The notes under the pieces were generated by a model, which saw only the letters and a list, made by a program, of their open reading frames with translations, had not been told where the DNA came from and searched no databases. A DNA stretch of 64,000 bases from Octopus vulgaris (lineage: Eukaryota): the NCBI GenBank assembly GCA_951406725.2, contig OX597836.1, forward strand, positions 21,266,001 through 21,330,000, read 5' to 3'. Position numbers and translations under genes: made by a program. Shown piece after piece: positions 1 through 14,011 of the stretch (position 1 is the stretch's first letter; every line of letters begins with the position of its first letter).

Positions 1-741
1 GGCATCCAGCCGTAGAAACATTGCCAGATCAGACTGGGCCTGGTGCAGCCTTCTGGCTTCCCAGACCCCAGTTGAACCGTCCAACCCATGCTAGCATGGA
101 AAGCGGATGCTAAATGATGATGATGATTTGAGATTTCAATGATATGATTGCTTATTTTTAGAATGACATTGTAGGGTAGATGGGAGAAGCCAGATCTGGC
201 TGGTCTGAACATAAAAGACACCGATTCCTCTATCATGCTTTCATATCCTTCAGTATTGTACCCTGCTCAGTTAAGAGGGCTTTGTCTTGCAGGTACTTCA
301 TGACCTCAATAGTGCTGGTGCTATACAAAACAGCACCCAGTGCATTCTGTAAAAAGTGGTTGATACTAGGAAGGGCATCCAGCTGTAAAAACCATGCCAA
401 AGCAGACATTGAAGTTCAGTGTAGCCTTCAGGCTTGTCAGTCCTGATGATTCTTTCAGTTTCCTTCCATTAAATCCACTCACAAGGCTTTGGTTAACTCA
501 AGGCTGTAGTAGAAGCTACTTGCCCAAAGTACAGTATCATGGAACTGAATCCAAAACTACATATGGTTGGAACTAAGCATCTTAACCACACAGTCATACC
601 TATTCCTCTTTTCTCATCAGAATAAATTAGTAATTAGCCTTTCTTTAATATCTTAAAGGCTACTTACTCTATTTTTGGTTTTTGGTATGTTTTGCTATAT
701 TATTTTCTTATTTCTTCTTCTTATTACAAATTTTAATCTAG

Positions 742-1441
742 TTGAAACAAAAGCCTAATGTATCAGAGAAGCCGATAAGTTTGCTGCAGCATAATTCAAT
801 CAAAGACCCTCTGTCAACCACTCTAGCATCTGTGACCACAGCACAACCCACTGTTTATACTGTTAATACAAAGAGGAAAAAGCCTCCTTCCCATCAAAAT
901 GGTATGGTGTCACCACCTTGTAGTGTTGTTGTCAACTCCATGGACTTGATATCTGTTAACAGCGACAAGATGAACATCTCCATCACCAACCTTGATGTTC
1001 TGACTCCACTTGACCAAAACAAAGCCACATTGAATAGTGAGTCTGAGGATGAAGACATTGATGTTGACATTGAAAGTGTGGATAACTTGGAAAACAACCA
1101 AGTCTTGAACAATCGGTCAGCATCTCCAAACTCTGTCTATTTCGCACTTTTGAAGTCTGCCAACATCAAGAAACAGAATTGTGCAAAAGTGAAAAAGAAA
1201 CTGCCTCCGTCTAATCCAGTCTGCATTAATGTAGCCCAGACCTGTGTCAATGGGAATTCATTGGTGAAACCTGATCCTGTGGTGTCATTGGCACAACCCT
1301 GTCCTCAGCCTGTTGATAATGATGCAGCTCCTGGTCCCGAAATTGACTGTGATACAGATATGACAAAGAACCCACAAGATGAGGAACTGGCTTCACCAGC
1401 TGTAGATGAAACAGAGGAAATGGATAATTTTGACAGCCTTT
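742..1441 (+). CDS. MYSM1: MYSM1 internal exon (low-complexity linker, includes DEDIDVDIE acidic motif); upstream exons lie before the window
   Basis: tctag acceptor at 740-741, long open frame, T|gtaagt donor at 1442. Its phase 1 end joins the next exon (T+CT=Ser), which is clearly MYSM1. Confidence 0.85.
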
Positions 1442-2027
1442 GTAAGTTTAATCTTGTTTCTATGATTATTCTAATAAATTATTATTTTTCTGTTTACTTC
1501 ACTTTTTATACTAAATGCATGCAGGTATGGTTGTATGGTTAAGAACTTTGTTTTGCAATAATGCGACCCCTCCACACTTCCTGGTTCAATCCTACTGTTT
1601 GACATCTTGTCCAAGTGGTTTTATCTATAGCCCCAGTTCAACCCAGAAGAGATGGGAACAGGAAGTCTGTCAGATGGACTAGGTCTGCTGTCAATGGACT
1701 TAATCTAGCATCTGATTCAACACCACACTTGGCCCTTTACCTGTTTAATAGGGACCACTCTGTTACAAGCATTTGGGCCACATTCTAATGCTGAAGATAT
1801 CAAGATCTTATTTTCCCATCAACCAGTCTTGGAAGTCCTGCAAAAGGGTCACGAGTATGGTTCTTATTCTGCTAAGATATGGTGGCTGGTGGGTATGTGG
1901 TTAAGAAGTTTGTTTTGGAACCACATGATCTTGGGTTCAGTTCTGCTGTGAAGTATCTTCAGCAAATGTCTTCCACTATAGCATTGGGCTGACCAACATG
2001 CGTATGTACTTGTGTGTGTGTATGTGC

Positions 2028-2066
<39 letters not shown>

Positions 2067-2092
2067 ATTTAATGAGTATTCTTTTCATTCAG

Positions 2093-2258
2093 CTGAAGAC
2101 AAAGCAATCCCTTGCATAGTACCGAGTGAAGAAGTAGTCCTTGACTATGAACATATCAGTGAAGAAGAAAAAAAGGCTTTTCCAGAATTCTTTGATGGAA
2201 GACTTTCCAAAACACCACAACGATATTTGAAAATTAGGAATTACATGTTGGATTGCTG
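2093..2258 (+). CDS. MYSM1: MYSM1 exon, SWIRM domain N-half
   Basis: ttcattcag acceptor; [32 protein letters not shown]; TG|gtaagt donor. Confidence 0.95.
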
Positions 2259-4348
2259 GTAAGTGTTTCTTAGGGTTTGAAAAAAAGGGGTGGGGAGTTT
2301 ACTTAGTCTTCCTTTCTTTACTGTTATGTGATTAATTGGCATGCTAGAGATAGCAGCTAAATCTGGCTCAAATCATAGCTGATAGTCTTAAAGTCAAGAA
2401 GGATACATAGAAAAGTTAGTCCTAGATGTAGATATAGTAGTTATATAGTTCCTTCCTGAGTCATGTGGACTCATAGGGCTGGTTTAACGGATTCTCTGAC
2501 ACATATACTCCCTTGGACAGGACTCTGGTCCATCGCAGTAGTCCTAGATATACTGCCTGAACTAAAGATTTGATGCTCATGATTGGAATGCCTTTGATTA
2601 TAGGTTTGTTCATTCGGAGCTCGTCTGGAGGTAGACAACAATAACATGAGAGTAAAGTCACCAGTGATGTTCTATTTCTGGAACTCGTTGTTCGAAGTAA
2701 TTAGCATTATCTTCATCATTACCATCATCATTTTACTGTTCACTTTTCCATGCTTGCATGGATTGAACAGAATTTGCTGGGGCAGATTCTCTATAGCCGA
2801 ATGCCCATCCTCCCATCAACCCATACCTGTTTCCAAGTAAAGTAATATTTCCCCATGATCAGACATGTTTTCATGGAAGATTGAAAATGAACGACACTGC
2901 TTGTTTGACAGTGACACTCATTTACATCTATTACAGTATCCAGGCAACAAGACAATAACACAAACACACAGACATGTACATGAACACACACACACACACA
3001 CACATACATATATATCATCATCATCATCATCATCATCGTTTAACGTCCGCTTTCCATGCTAGCATGGGTTGGACGGTTCAACTGGGGTCTGGCAAGCCCG
3101 AAGGCTGCACCAGGCCAGTCAGATCTGGCAGTGTTTCTACAGCTGGATGCCCTTCCTAACGCCAACCACTCCGAGAGTGTAGTGGGTGATTTTATGTGCC
3201 ACCGACACAGGTGCCAGACGAGGCTGGCAGACGGCCACGCTCGGATGGTGTTTGTTACGTGCCCTCAGCACGGAGGCCAGTCGTTGCGGTACTGGCTACG
3301 GTCATATATATATATATATATTCACATATACACAATGAGCTTCTTTCATTCTGTGTCTACCAAATTCACTCATAAGGCTTTGGTTGACCAAATGCTATAG
3401 CAGAAACACAAAACACTAAGGTGGCTCACCAAGGGACTGACTATGAAACCATGTGATTGACAAGTAAACTTCAGTGAAATATGATTGACTATCATCTTAC
3501 TATCATCATTATTTAACATATGATGATGATGATGAGTAAGATTGTTTGACTGGAGCTGGTAAATGGGAGAGCTGCACCAGGCTCTAGTCTGTTTTGGTTT
3601 GGTTTCTACAGCTGGATGCCTTTCCTAATGCCAACCATTCAACAGAGTGTACTGGGTGCAATTTAGATTCAAATGAATATGGTACTTAATTTAGATGCAC
3701 CAGAATTTTGTATGGTGTTACCCATAAAAATTTGCAGGGTGATTATAATCAGAAATAAGCAACAAGAATGACTCCGGTTGTAGTGCGAAACAATTGTACC
3801 AAATTACCAGAGTCATTCTTGTTGCTTATTTTTGAGTATATATGTATATATATATATATATATAGTAGAAATATGTTACAAAAAGAAAATATAAAATACA
3901 CGTGGAAATGTAAGGGTAAAATATGAAAAATCAACGAAAATGCACATTGTAAATAAAAAAAGGCTTTTTATGACAGGTAACGACAAATATATACATTTAG
4001 ATTGACTGACAGACACACACACACGTGCACACACAGACATATACACATACAAATAAACATACATAGTTAATTTTGTGACCTCGTGTGTACCATTGGTGAT
4101 TTTTTTCCTCTGTCTTCCCTTCTCTGGATCTTTCCTTCTCCTATGTTTCCGACGAAGAGCTCCGCTCAAAACGTTAAACCCTCCTTCTTTCCTTCTTTCC
4201 TGAGCGTCCAATAATACTATATTTGTTCCACGTCCTTGCGTTATGTTTTTTTGTGCTTTCTTGTTTGGATTAACTATATATATATATATCTATATATATG
4301 ATTTAGCACCAGTAGTATAATAATTTGCTATCATCTTTGTTACAACAG

Positions 4349-4479
4349 GAAAGCCTGCAAACCTTCATTCTTAAATAAAACCTCAGTCCGTCCTGGTTTG
4401 AAAAACTGCGGAGATGTGAACTGCATAGGTAAAATCCATACTTATATTGAAGGCATTGGCGCCATAAATTTTGGATGTG
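4349..4479 (+). CDS. MYSM1: MYSM1 exon, SWIRM domain C-half
   Basis: [43 protein letters not shown], near-identical to the vertebrate MYSM1 SWIRM segment as I recall it; aacag / G|gtaag boundaries. Confidence 0.96.
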
Positions 4480-5028
4480 GTAAGAATAACTTTAAATTCC
4501 TAATCGAGGGTTTATTCAATTTATTCATGGTCTTCTATTCTATTTGTTTGTTTGTTTTATATCTGTTTTTTTTTTGTGCTAGCATGAGTTAGTTGTGTAC
4601 ATATTATTGAACCATTGTTGTAAAGCCAGTTGCCCTTTCTGTCATTAATTAACCTTCACCTAGTTTTTGAGTAAGGGATTTATTTTTAGTCTGTACATCT
4701 TTGGAAGTGTAAAGCTGGTGGAAGATTCGTTGACTGGGAATTATCAACATCGTTCTCTGTTTTATGTGTGTGTATGTGTGTGTTTCTTTCTCTCTCTTTA
4801 TGTCTGTGTGTATTTCTCTATAATTCTCTCTCTTTTTCTCTTTCTTTTACTTATTTGTCTCTTTCTCTCTTTGTATGTATGTATGGCTCTCTCACACTCT
4901 CTCCTTCCCTTCTGCCCTCTTTTTCTCTCCCTTTTTCCATCCCTCCTTCCCACTCTCCCATCTCCCTCCCTCTCTTTTGTATATGTCTCTACCTTTCTGT
5001 TGTTCTCTATCTTTATTTTGCTTCCCAG

Positions 5029-5135
5029 AACAAGCATTTTACAATCAGCTACCAAAATCTTCAACATCAACAACGAAGAAGACATGTGCAAGTGAAGAGG
5101 TTCAGGACCAGCAGGCTAGCAAGTTAGATGCTATG
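5029..5135 (+). CDS. MYSM1: MYSM1 exon
   Basis: cttcccag acceptor; (E)QAFYNQLPK...KLDAM; ATG|gtgaat donor; phase continuous. Confidence 0.88.
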
Positions 5136-6625
5136 GTGAATATTTACTTCATAATTATTTTCTTTAACTCTTTGGTTACCACACTTTCTTTGAAATACAC
5201 TCTCTTTGTTTCAATAAATCTTGAAAATAATGAAGAATTTGTAGTAAAGATTGTTTGCCAACACAACATGGCTGCCCTGGTTTAGGACGAATGTTGCTGT
5301 AATTTAGCCCCAGGAGACATCGTCTCCAGCTGGCTATACGACACAAGCTGTGTCCTTATATTTTTGAACAAGGGAATCTAGCACCACCACTCAGCTCAAA
5401 ACGTTGTGAGATTTAAAAATAGTAATTTTGTAATGAAGAATTTATTAAAATAAGTTTATCATTATCAACCTGGAGTTTGGAATATAAATGAACATGGAAT
5501 TTTAATGGAAGGTTTTAATTTAAATGGCTTTGAAAAGGGAAGTTTGTATCATAGAACCAGGGGGACAATTTCAGGTGAGTTGGTATCAAAGGGGTTCAAA
5601 GAGTGCTTAATATCAATCTTTATATATTTTACCTGTTTCCGTCATTGAACTGTGGCCATGCTGAGGCACACTGTCTTGAAGGGTTGAGTTAAACAAATTG
5701 ACCTCAGTACTTACTTTTAACCCTTTAGCATTAAAACCAACCATATCTGGCCAAAATATTCTACCTGTTTTATGTTCAAACTAAGAAGATCTGGCATCTC
5801 ATGCCAATCATCATCATCATCGTTTAACGTCCGTTTTCCGCGCTAGCACGGGTCGGACGGTTCGACCGGGGTCTGGGAAGCCAGGAGGCTGCACCAGGCT
5901 CCAGTCAGATCTGGCAGTGTTTCTACAGCTGGATGCCCTTCCTAATGCCAAACATTCCATGAGTGTAGTGGGTGCTTTTTACGTGCCACCGGCACAGGTG
6001 CCAGGGGAGTCTGGCAGCGGCCACGATCGGTTGGTGCTTTTAACGTGCCACCGGCTCTAAAAACAAATGGTTACCTCATCAAAATCTCAGAACTATAAGA
6101 TAATGCATAATTAATTCAAAACAATGTGAATACTAAAGGATTAAACCTGGTACTTATTCTGTCAGTCTCTGCTGAACTAAGTTACAGGGATGTAAACAAA
6201 CCAATACCAGTTGTGAAGTGGTGGTGGTGGTGGACAAACACAAAAAGACACACACATTCCCATACATCACTTTGTAGTGTATTATGGTTGCGTAACGAAA
6301 TACAGTGACCCTACACATCATTAATATTCACATACATATATGTACGACAGGTTTCTTTCAATTTCTGTCTACCAAATCCACTCACAAGGCTTTGATAGGC
6401 CCACAGCTATCTCTCTCTCTTTACTCTTTTACTTGTTTCAGTCATTTGACTGCGGCCATGCTGGAGCACCGCCTTTAATCGAGCAACTCGACCGTGGGAC
6501 TTATTCTTTTGTAAGCCCAGTACTTATTCTATTGGTCTCTTTTGCCGAACCGCTAAGTAACGGGGACATAAACACACCAGCATTGGTTGTCAAGCAATGC
6601 TAGGGGGACAAACACACATACACAA

Positions 6626-6660
<35 letters not shown>

Positions 6661-7013
6661 CATATATACGACGGGCTTCTTTCAGTTTCTGTCTACCAAA
6701 TCCACTCACAAGGCTTTGGTCAGCCCGAAGCTATAGTAGAAGACACTTGCCCAAGGTGCCATGCAGTGGATCTGAACCTGGAACCATGTGGTTGGTAAAC
6801 AAGCTACTTACCACACAGCCTCTCCTGGAAGGTATATGCCTAAAGTGCCATGCAGTAGGACCTTACTCAATAAAAATGAAGATATTAGAAGGGGTCTGTT
6901 AGTAGCAGAAATAGTTACCAAACCCCTGAAACTCTAACCTTAGAAACAGAACTTGCTGCTCTAAGACAACACTTTTGTAACTGTTTCAAATTTTGCTTGT
7001 ATATTTGTTTCAG

Positions 7014-7091
7014 AGACCCAGACGAAAGCGTGTAAAAGATGATGAGGGTTTCTGGGTTTGTGATACAATTTTTAAAGACAAAACAGCCGAG
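7014..7091 (+). CDS. MYSM1: MYSM1 exon
   Basis: gtttcag acceptor; RPRRKRVKDDEGFWVCDTIFKDKTAE; GAG|gtaaat donor; 78 nt, phase 0. Confidence 0.88.
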
Positions 7092-7253
7092 GTAAATCTT
7101 GATTTTTTTAAATCTTTTATTTTCTGCTATTTCTTCAGTAAAATATCATCATCATCATCATACATCCATTTTTCATGCTGGCATGGATTGGATGGTTTAA
7201 CATGATCCAATGGTTGTCCAGCAGTGATGGGGGTCAAACATAGACACAAAGAT

Positions 7254-7284
<31 letters not shown>

Positions 7285-7558
7285 CAACAAGATTCTTTTA
7301 GTTTCCATCTTCCAAATCCACTCACAAGGCTTTGGTCAACTGGAAGCTATGGTAGAAGACACTTGCCCAAGGTACTATGCAGCGGGACTGAACCTGAAAC
7401 TATGTGGTTGAGAAGCAAACTTCTTACCAAACAGCCCTGCCTGCATGTATGCATGATGATGATGATGTTTTTCTTTTAAGATAGCGACAAAAATTGTATT
7501 TTGTGTGAAAATCAGTCATAGCTAAACCACTGATAAAATTGGTAATCAGTATTAAATA

Positions 7559-7786
7559 TGTTTCTTTATTACCCACAAGGGGCTACACACAGAGGGGACA
7601 AACAAGGACAGACAAACGAATTAAGTCGATTACATCGACCCCAGTGCGTAACTGGTACTTAATTTACCGACCCTGAAAGGATAAAAGGCAAAGTCGACCT
7701 CGGCGGAATTTGAACTCAGAACGTAGTGGCAGACAAAATACGGCTACGCATTTCGGCCAGTGTGCTAACGTATCTGCCAGCTCGCC
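7559..7786 (-). mobile_element. tRNA-derived SINE family A (~230 bp), full-length monomer
   Basis: A-box-like ggcagatacgttagc and B-box gagttcaaattcc; perfect 18-bp TSD ggtaatcagtattaaata (7541-7558 / 7787-7804). Other monomers at ~12770-12998 (+), 22674-22887 (-, 15-bp TSD) and 26371-26602 (-, 13-bp TSD). Confidence 0.9.
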
Positions 7787-9180
7787 GGTAATCAGTATTA
7801 AATAGGGTACAGGTAGGTGTGGCTGTGTAGTTTGCTTCCCAACCACATGGTTTTGGTTTCAGTTTCATTGTGTGGCACCTTGGGCAAGTGTCTGCTACTA
7901 GAGCCCTAGGCCAATCAAAACCTTGCAGGTGGATTTACTAAGCAAAAGCTGAAAAAAAGCCCATCAAATATATGTGTGTGTGTATGAGTGTACCTTAAAA
8001 GGTTTTTGTAATGAATTCTTGATAATGTCACAATATTTGAAGAAAGATTTTCTTAAATTTAATTTTTTTTTATTATACTTACTTTTACTTTACTTTTACT
8101 TGTTTCAGTCATTTGACTGCAGCCATGCTGGAGCACCGCCTTTAGTCGAGCAAATTGACCCCGGGACTTATTCTTTGTAAGCCCAGTACTTATTCTATCG
8201 GTCTCTTTTTGCCGAACCACTAAGTGACGGGGATGTAAACACACCAGCATCGGTTGTCAAGCAATGCTAGGGGGACAAACACAGACACACAAACACACAC
8301 ATATATACATACATACGACAGGCTTCTTTCAGTTTCCGTCTACCAAATCCACTCACAAGGCTTTGGTCGGCCCGAGGCTATAGTAGAAGACATTTGCCCA
8401 AGATGCCACACAGTGGGACTGAACCCGGAATCATGTTGTTCATAAGCAAGCTACTTACCACACAGCCACTCCTTTAAAAAAAACAGAATGATATGTCCCT
8501 TTGGAAAGGAAATTTTCATATTGCGTTAAGCAGTTTTGCTGTTTACAGTTTTACAAACATGCAATATTATGGGGTAATTTGTATTATCTATGTTTATGTG
8601 TCCTTACCACATGTTAGTTGTAAATGAGTGTCACTATCATACAAACAGGGTCATTCATTTCCATTGTCCGGGGGAACACGTCTGACCATGAAAAATATTA
8701 CCTTGCTTGGAAACGGGCGAAGGTCGGCAAGAGACAAAACATTCGATCATAGAAAATCTGCATCGGTAAATTCCACCTGACCCATGCAAGCATGGAAAAG
8801 TTGAAGTTAAGAGGACAATGATGATGATGATCATCATCATTTAGCATCCGCTTTCCTTGCTAGCATGGGTTGGACGGTTCAACTGGGGTCTGGGAAGGCA
8901 GAAGGCTGCACCAGGCCCAGTCTGATCTGCCAATGTTTCTATGGCTGGATGCCCTTCCTAACGCCAACCACTCCGTGAGTGTAGTGGGTACTTTTTAAGT
9001 AGCACCGGCACAGGTGCCAGACGGGGCTGGCAAACGGCCACGGTCAGATGCTGCTTTTTACGTGCCACGGTAATGACAATGGACATGCTCTTAATAACAA
9101 CCATAGTAACCACAACAATAACCTGTCTACGTTACCTGTCCATCAACAATCTAATTTGTTTTTAATCTTTTCTTTTGTAG

Positions 9181-9282
9181 AACAAGGAATGTAATAAAGC
9201 CTCCCAACCCAAAATGAGCCGAACTAAACTTATTGAAGATCCATTCCGGTTAATTCCATGCCAGATGTTCCCAGAAGAAATG
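9181..9282 (+). CDS. MYSM1: MYSM1 exon (not in ORF track)
   Basis: ttttgtag acceptor; NKECNKASQPKMSRTKLIEDPFRLIPCQMFPEEM (DPFxLIPC motif just before the MPN domain); ATG|gtgagt donor. Confidence 0.9.
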
Positions 9283-9833
9283 GTGAGTTTTGTTGATTTA
9301 TGTAGCTATGTTACCCAGCTTGTGATGTGGCAGGGTCATTAGAATGTTAGATAAAATGCTATACAGTACTTGTTTCAACTTTCTGTACTCTGAGTTCAAA
9401 TTCCACTGAGGTCAACTTTGCCTTTCATCCTTTCGGGGTCAATAAAATAAAACAAGGACCAGTAAATTGGTGTGTCTTCGTATCTGTGTTTGTCCCCCAC
9501 TGCCGCTTGACAACCAGTGTTGGTGTGTTTATGTCCCAGTAACTTAATAGTTTGGCAAAGGAAAACAGTAGAATAAGTACCAATTTATATAAAAGGTAAG
9601 TCCTGGGATCAGTTTGTTCAACTAAATTTTTTTCAAGGCAGCGTTCCAGCATGGCTGCAGTCTAATGACCGAAACAAGTAAACTGTAAAAGAAAAAAGAT
9701 GTATATGTGCAGATTCCTGATGAAACCTGGCTGACAGAGGCCCTAGATTAGCCAGGTTAACTACTGAGACAATTAGATTAAAATAGAGTGTTTTTACCTA
9801 AGGGCTGCCTCATAATTCCTTTTAATTTTTCAG

Positions 9834-10020
9834 GCTCCTTTACATATAGATATTGAATCCTCTGCTCTAATCACCATGGATGTACATGCCCATATGTTTA
9901 AAACAGAAGTAGTTGGGCTTTTAGGAGGGGAGTGTTCTCCCGAAGGCAACCACATGAAAATAAAAACTGCTATGCCTTGTCGGAGTATAAGTACAGGTAT
10001 TCAGTGTGAAATGGATGCAG
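9834..10020 (+). CDS. MYSM1: MYSM1 exon, MPN/JAMM domain start
   Basis: APLHIDIESSALITMDVHAHMFKTEVVGLLGG...PCRSISTGIQCEMDA; tttcag / G|gtaagt. Confidence 0.96.
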
Positions 10021-10699
10021 GTAAGTACCTCCTTGCATTTTTTTTTCTTTTTAATTCTTTAAATTCCTTTTTTCTTCTTTCTCTTTTTATTATCACCATC
10101 ATCATCTTTTCAACATCCATTTTTCCATGCTTGCATGGGTCGGATGGAATTTAGTCGAAGTGTCACCAACCCTCATCTGTTTCTATGTAATATTTTCCTA
10201 TGACCAGATATATTTTCATAGAAAACGAATGAAGGATTTCGCATGCATCTTCATCATCATCGTTTAACGTCCGCTTTACATGCTAGCATGGGTTGGACGG
10301 TTCAACTGGGGTCTGGGAAGCTCGAAGGCTGCACCAGGCCCAATCAGATCTGGCAGTGTTTCTACAGAATGCATGATGATAACATTTGTTTACAACTTCC
10401 ATGCATTGTCAAGACAAAGAGACAATAACACACATAAACACATGCATATATATAAACCTTCTTCGTGGTTTTTCCACTTTTCTCACTGTCCAGTGTCCTT
10501 GTTTTTTAAAATATATATAACACATAAACAGGGCCTGAAAAATTGCTTGGAGATACATGGAATATTTTATAAATATGCCTGTTCAAGTATCATAAAAGCA
10601 TGAAACCATTAGTAGTTCTTTCAATTGGTGTATTAAATTGATATTTATCTCTCACTGGATGGAGTACTTTTTTTGTTGATTCTACCTTTATTGGATCTA

Positions 10700-11457
10700 A
10701 TTAAGGACCTCTTGCTCAGTGTGAAAGGTAGACTGTATGATGCATGTGTGCAAACTGCCACGCTACATGGCTGTGAAACATGGGCCATGACTGCTGAGGA
10801 CATGCGTAGGTGTGAAAGAAACAAAGCTTGTATGATCCGCTGGATGTGTAATGTCAGTGTGCATACACGACAGTGTAATCGCCCTGAGAGAAAAGTTGGT
10901 CATAAGAAGCATCAAATGTGGTGTGTAAGAGAGATGACTGCATGGGTATGGTCATGTGTTACATATGGCTGAGGACAGCTGTGTGAGCAAGTGCCACTCC
11001 CTAACTGTGGAAGGAACCTGAGGAAAAGGTAGACCCAGGAAGACATGGGATGAGGTGGTAAGCATGACCTTCGTACATTGGGCCTCACAGAGGCAATGAC
11101 AAGAGACCGAGACCCTTGGAGATATGCTGTGATTGAGAAGACCCAAACATGGCCGATGCCAGTACTCCTTGACTAGCTCCCGTGCTGCTGGCACGTAAAA
11201 AGCACCATCTGAACGTGACTGCTGCCAGTACCCCCTGACTGGCCCCCATGCCGGTGGCACGTAAAAAGCACTCTCCGAACATGATCAATGCCAGGCTCAC
11301 CTGGCTGGCTCCTGGGTGGTTGGCATTAGGAAGGGCATCCAGCTGTAGAAACATTGCCAGATCAGATTGGAGCCTGGTGCAGCTGCTGGCTTTCCAGACC
11401 TCAGTCAAACCATCCAACCCAAACATGGAAAATAAATGTTAATTGATGATGATGATA
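10700..11457 (+). mobile_element. 5'-truncated RTE-clade LINE (end of RT ORF + 3'UTR + (GAT)n tail)
   Basis: KGRLYDACV...LHGCETW...MIRWMCNVS followed by the aggaagggcatccagctgtagaaac 3'UTR. The many short (CAT)n-associated repeats (1-125, 3015-3300, 5808-6055, 8830-9070, 39393-39630, 60870-61174) share this 3' end. Confidence 0.8.
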
Positions 11458-11954
11458 TTAATCTGATGGTCTGTTCTGCACAACTAAACACAGCCAATCA
11501 CTTTCTCTCTCCCTCCCCCTCTCCCCAACAACTGCCACATGTAAAAATTAAAAAAAACATTCTGGGGTCAATATGCTAGGACACAACAACCTCCAAAGCA
11601 GACCGACTGCAAATATGAACAGCATATGGGAACCCGTATTAAGGAAGGATAGGAGAATATTAGATTTATAAGCCCTAAAATTCATCATCATCATCAACAA
11701 CAACAACAGCAACAACAACGAAAAATACCTTAGGAATGAGAACCCAGCTTTGAAATTTCCCCAAGAACATTGAGACCAGCAGTGTATAACAATATCCAAT
11801 GGTCTGGTTGATAAAGTGATATTTTAAAAAGCTAATTATGTTTATTGACATTTTTATAATCTAATTGTCATTGATAAATTTTATAAGTTTGTCTTGAGCG
11901 TAGAATGTTACCTTAATTATTTTCTTAATTTCTTTGTCTTTCTGTTTATTTTAG

Positions 11955-12082
11955 TGTCTCAAACTGAAGTGGGTACCGTCATAACTGAGTTAGGACAGTC
12001 CGTCGTTGGATGGTATCATTCACACCCTACATTTGCAGCCAACCCTTCCACTAGGGATATTGAAAGTCAACTAAAATATCAG
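11955..12082 (+). CDS. MYSM1: MYSM1 exon carrying the JAMM metalloprotease motif
   Basis: [23 protein letters not shown] = intact HxH-x7-S-x2-D JAMM motif; ttttag / CAG|gtgaga. Confidence 0.97.
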
Positions 12083-13473
12083 GTGAGATCATCGGATTTT
12101 GTTCTTTGTTCTGGGTAGATGGTAAGCTAGCAGAATTGTTAGAGGGTTAGAAAAATGCTTTGCAGTATTTCTTCCAGCTCTGTATGTTTTGGTTTCAAAT
12201 CCTGCTGAAGTTGAATTTGCCTTACAACTGTTTGGGAAGGGTCTCCGTAACAGGGAGTATCAGTGGACCAGTGAAATACTAGGGTTAGTGATATAGACTA
12301 ACTCATTCCTCTCAAAATCTCTGGCCTTCTGTCTAAATGAGAAACAATTATTATTCAGTATTTTTATCGCGTGCTTTCACTACATTACCAAGCACAGCTC
12401 TGTGTGCCTTGGGTATGTGCTGTGGTTTGTTGTGATGCTCTTATTTTCACTGTATTGAAATTCTTTCACATAGAATGTGTGCGGGTCCTAGTAGTGCTAT
12501 TTTTTATATCGTTATATATACTTGTAAGACATCATCATCACCACCACCACCACCATCATTATTATTAAGGCAGAACGCTGGCAGAACTGTTAGCATGTCA
12601 AGCAAAATGCTTTGCAACATTTTGTCTGTCCTTACTTACTGAGTTCAAATTCTTTTCTGGTTTGATAAATCAAGTACTAGTGAAACACTGAGATCAATCT
12701 AATCTTCTCATCCTCTCCCCCAAAACGGCTGCCCTTGTGGCAAAATTTGAAACCATTATTATTATTAGGTGGCGAGTTGGCAGAAACATTAGCACGCCAG
12801 GCGAAATGCGTAGCCATATTTCATCTGCCGTTATGTTCTGAGTTCAAATTCCGTTGAGGTCGACTTTGCCTTTCATCCTTTCGGGGTCAATTAAATAAGT
12901 ACCAGTTACGCACTGGGGTCGACGTAATTGACTTAATCCCTTTGTCTGTCCTTGTTTGTCGCCTCTGTGTTTAGCCTTTTGTGGGCACTAAAGAAATATA
13001 TATTATTATTATTATTTTCGTTATTATTATTATTAAGAAGGTAGTGAGTTGGCAGAATTGTTAGCATGCCAGCCAAAATGCTTAGCAGCATTTCATCCGT
13101 CCTTACGTTCTGAGTTCGAATTTCGCTAAGGTCAGCTTTGCCTTTCATCCTTTAGGAGTTGATAAAAGAAGTTTAGGAGTTGATACAGCATAAATCAACA
13201 TGAAACTTTAATGAAAAGGTTTAATTTAGATCACTTTAATCCTTTTGTTACCATATATCTATTAAAGTACATTATTTTTATTTCAGTTAACTTAGTAAAA
13301 TAACTTTGTCATGATTAAGCTGGTGTTTGGAACATAGATTAAGACAAAATTTTTAAGGAAGGTTTTAATTTAAATTATTTTAAAGCCAGAAGTCTGCATC
13401 ATTGAACCAAGGTCTCAGGCCTGGTTGATATTAAAAAGGTTAAACATTATTGTTGTTGTTGTCGTTGTTTCAG

Positions 13474-13594
13474 GAATGGTTTGCTCGTGGTGGATCAAAG
13501 TATGTGGCTTTTATCGTCAGTCCATATATGGGCAAAGTTCATTCTGAAATGTGTTGTTTGACAGTTGAGAAATCCATGGAACCTGATTTAAAAC
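13474..13594 (+). CDS. MYSM1: MYSM1 exon
   Basis: EWFARGGSKYVAFIVSPY...; tttcag / C|gtaagt. Confidence 0.93.
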
Positions 13595-13931
13595 GTAAGT
13601 TAATTATTCCTCTCCCACAACTTCACCCCCCCCTCCTCTGTTATATGTTTATATATATACATATATAAATATATTGATGCTGATTCCACCAAGTGAGCAA
13701 TAAAGGACCTTTTGGATAATAACTGAAGAATTAGCAACATCTTGTCCTCTGTGTGAATTTTCCATTAGTTCCTTTTTTTCATTTCTATTCAAAGTTTGAA
13801 AATTATGGCACACACACACACACATATATATATATATTGATAAAAATGGTAAGACAACAAAAGAAAGAAAGAGACCTCGATATTGTGTAAATAGAGGAAT
13901 TTATCTGTAAATGTAATATGTGACAATTATT

Positions 13932-14011
13932 CGATAGCCATGATAAAACTCCAAGTTTCGGATGCCAAGGTGGAAATCCATGCTACCATCTCTTCAGTTA
14001 TCTGGCCATCG
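13932..14011 (-). ncRNA. Type I hammerhead ribozyme-like motif in a (TA)n-flanked, probably Penelope-derived repeat
   Basis: Minus strand: cgatggccagataa-CUGAAGA-gatg...catc-c-GAAAC-uugga-GUU-ttatcatggctatcg. Stem I is 14 bp with one bulge. Confidence 0.7.

Noticed and set aside
9717-9775. CUGAUGA followed by the hairpin aacctggct...agccaggtt
   Set aside because: No GAAA directly after stem II and no convincing stems I or III; at best a decayed motif.
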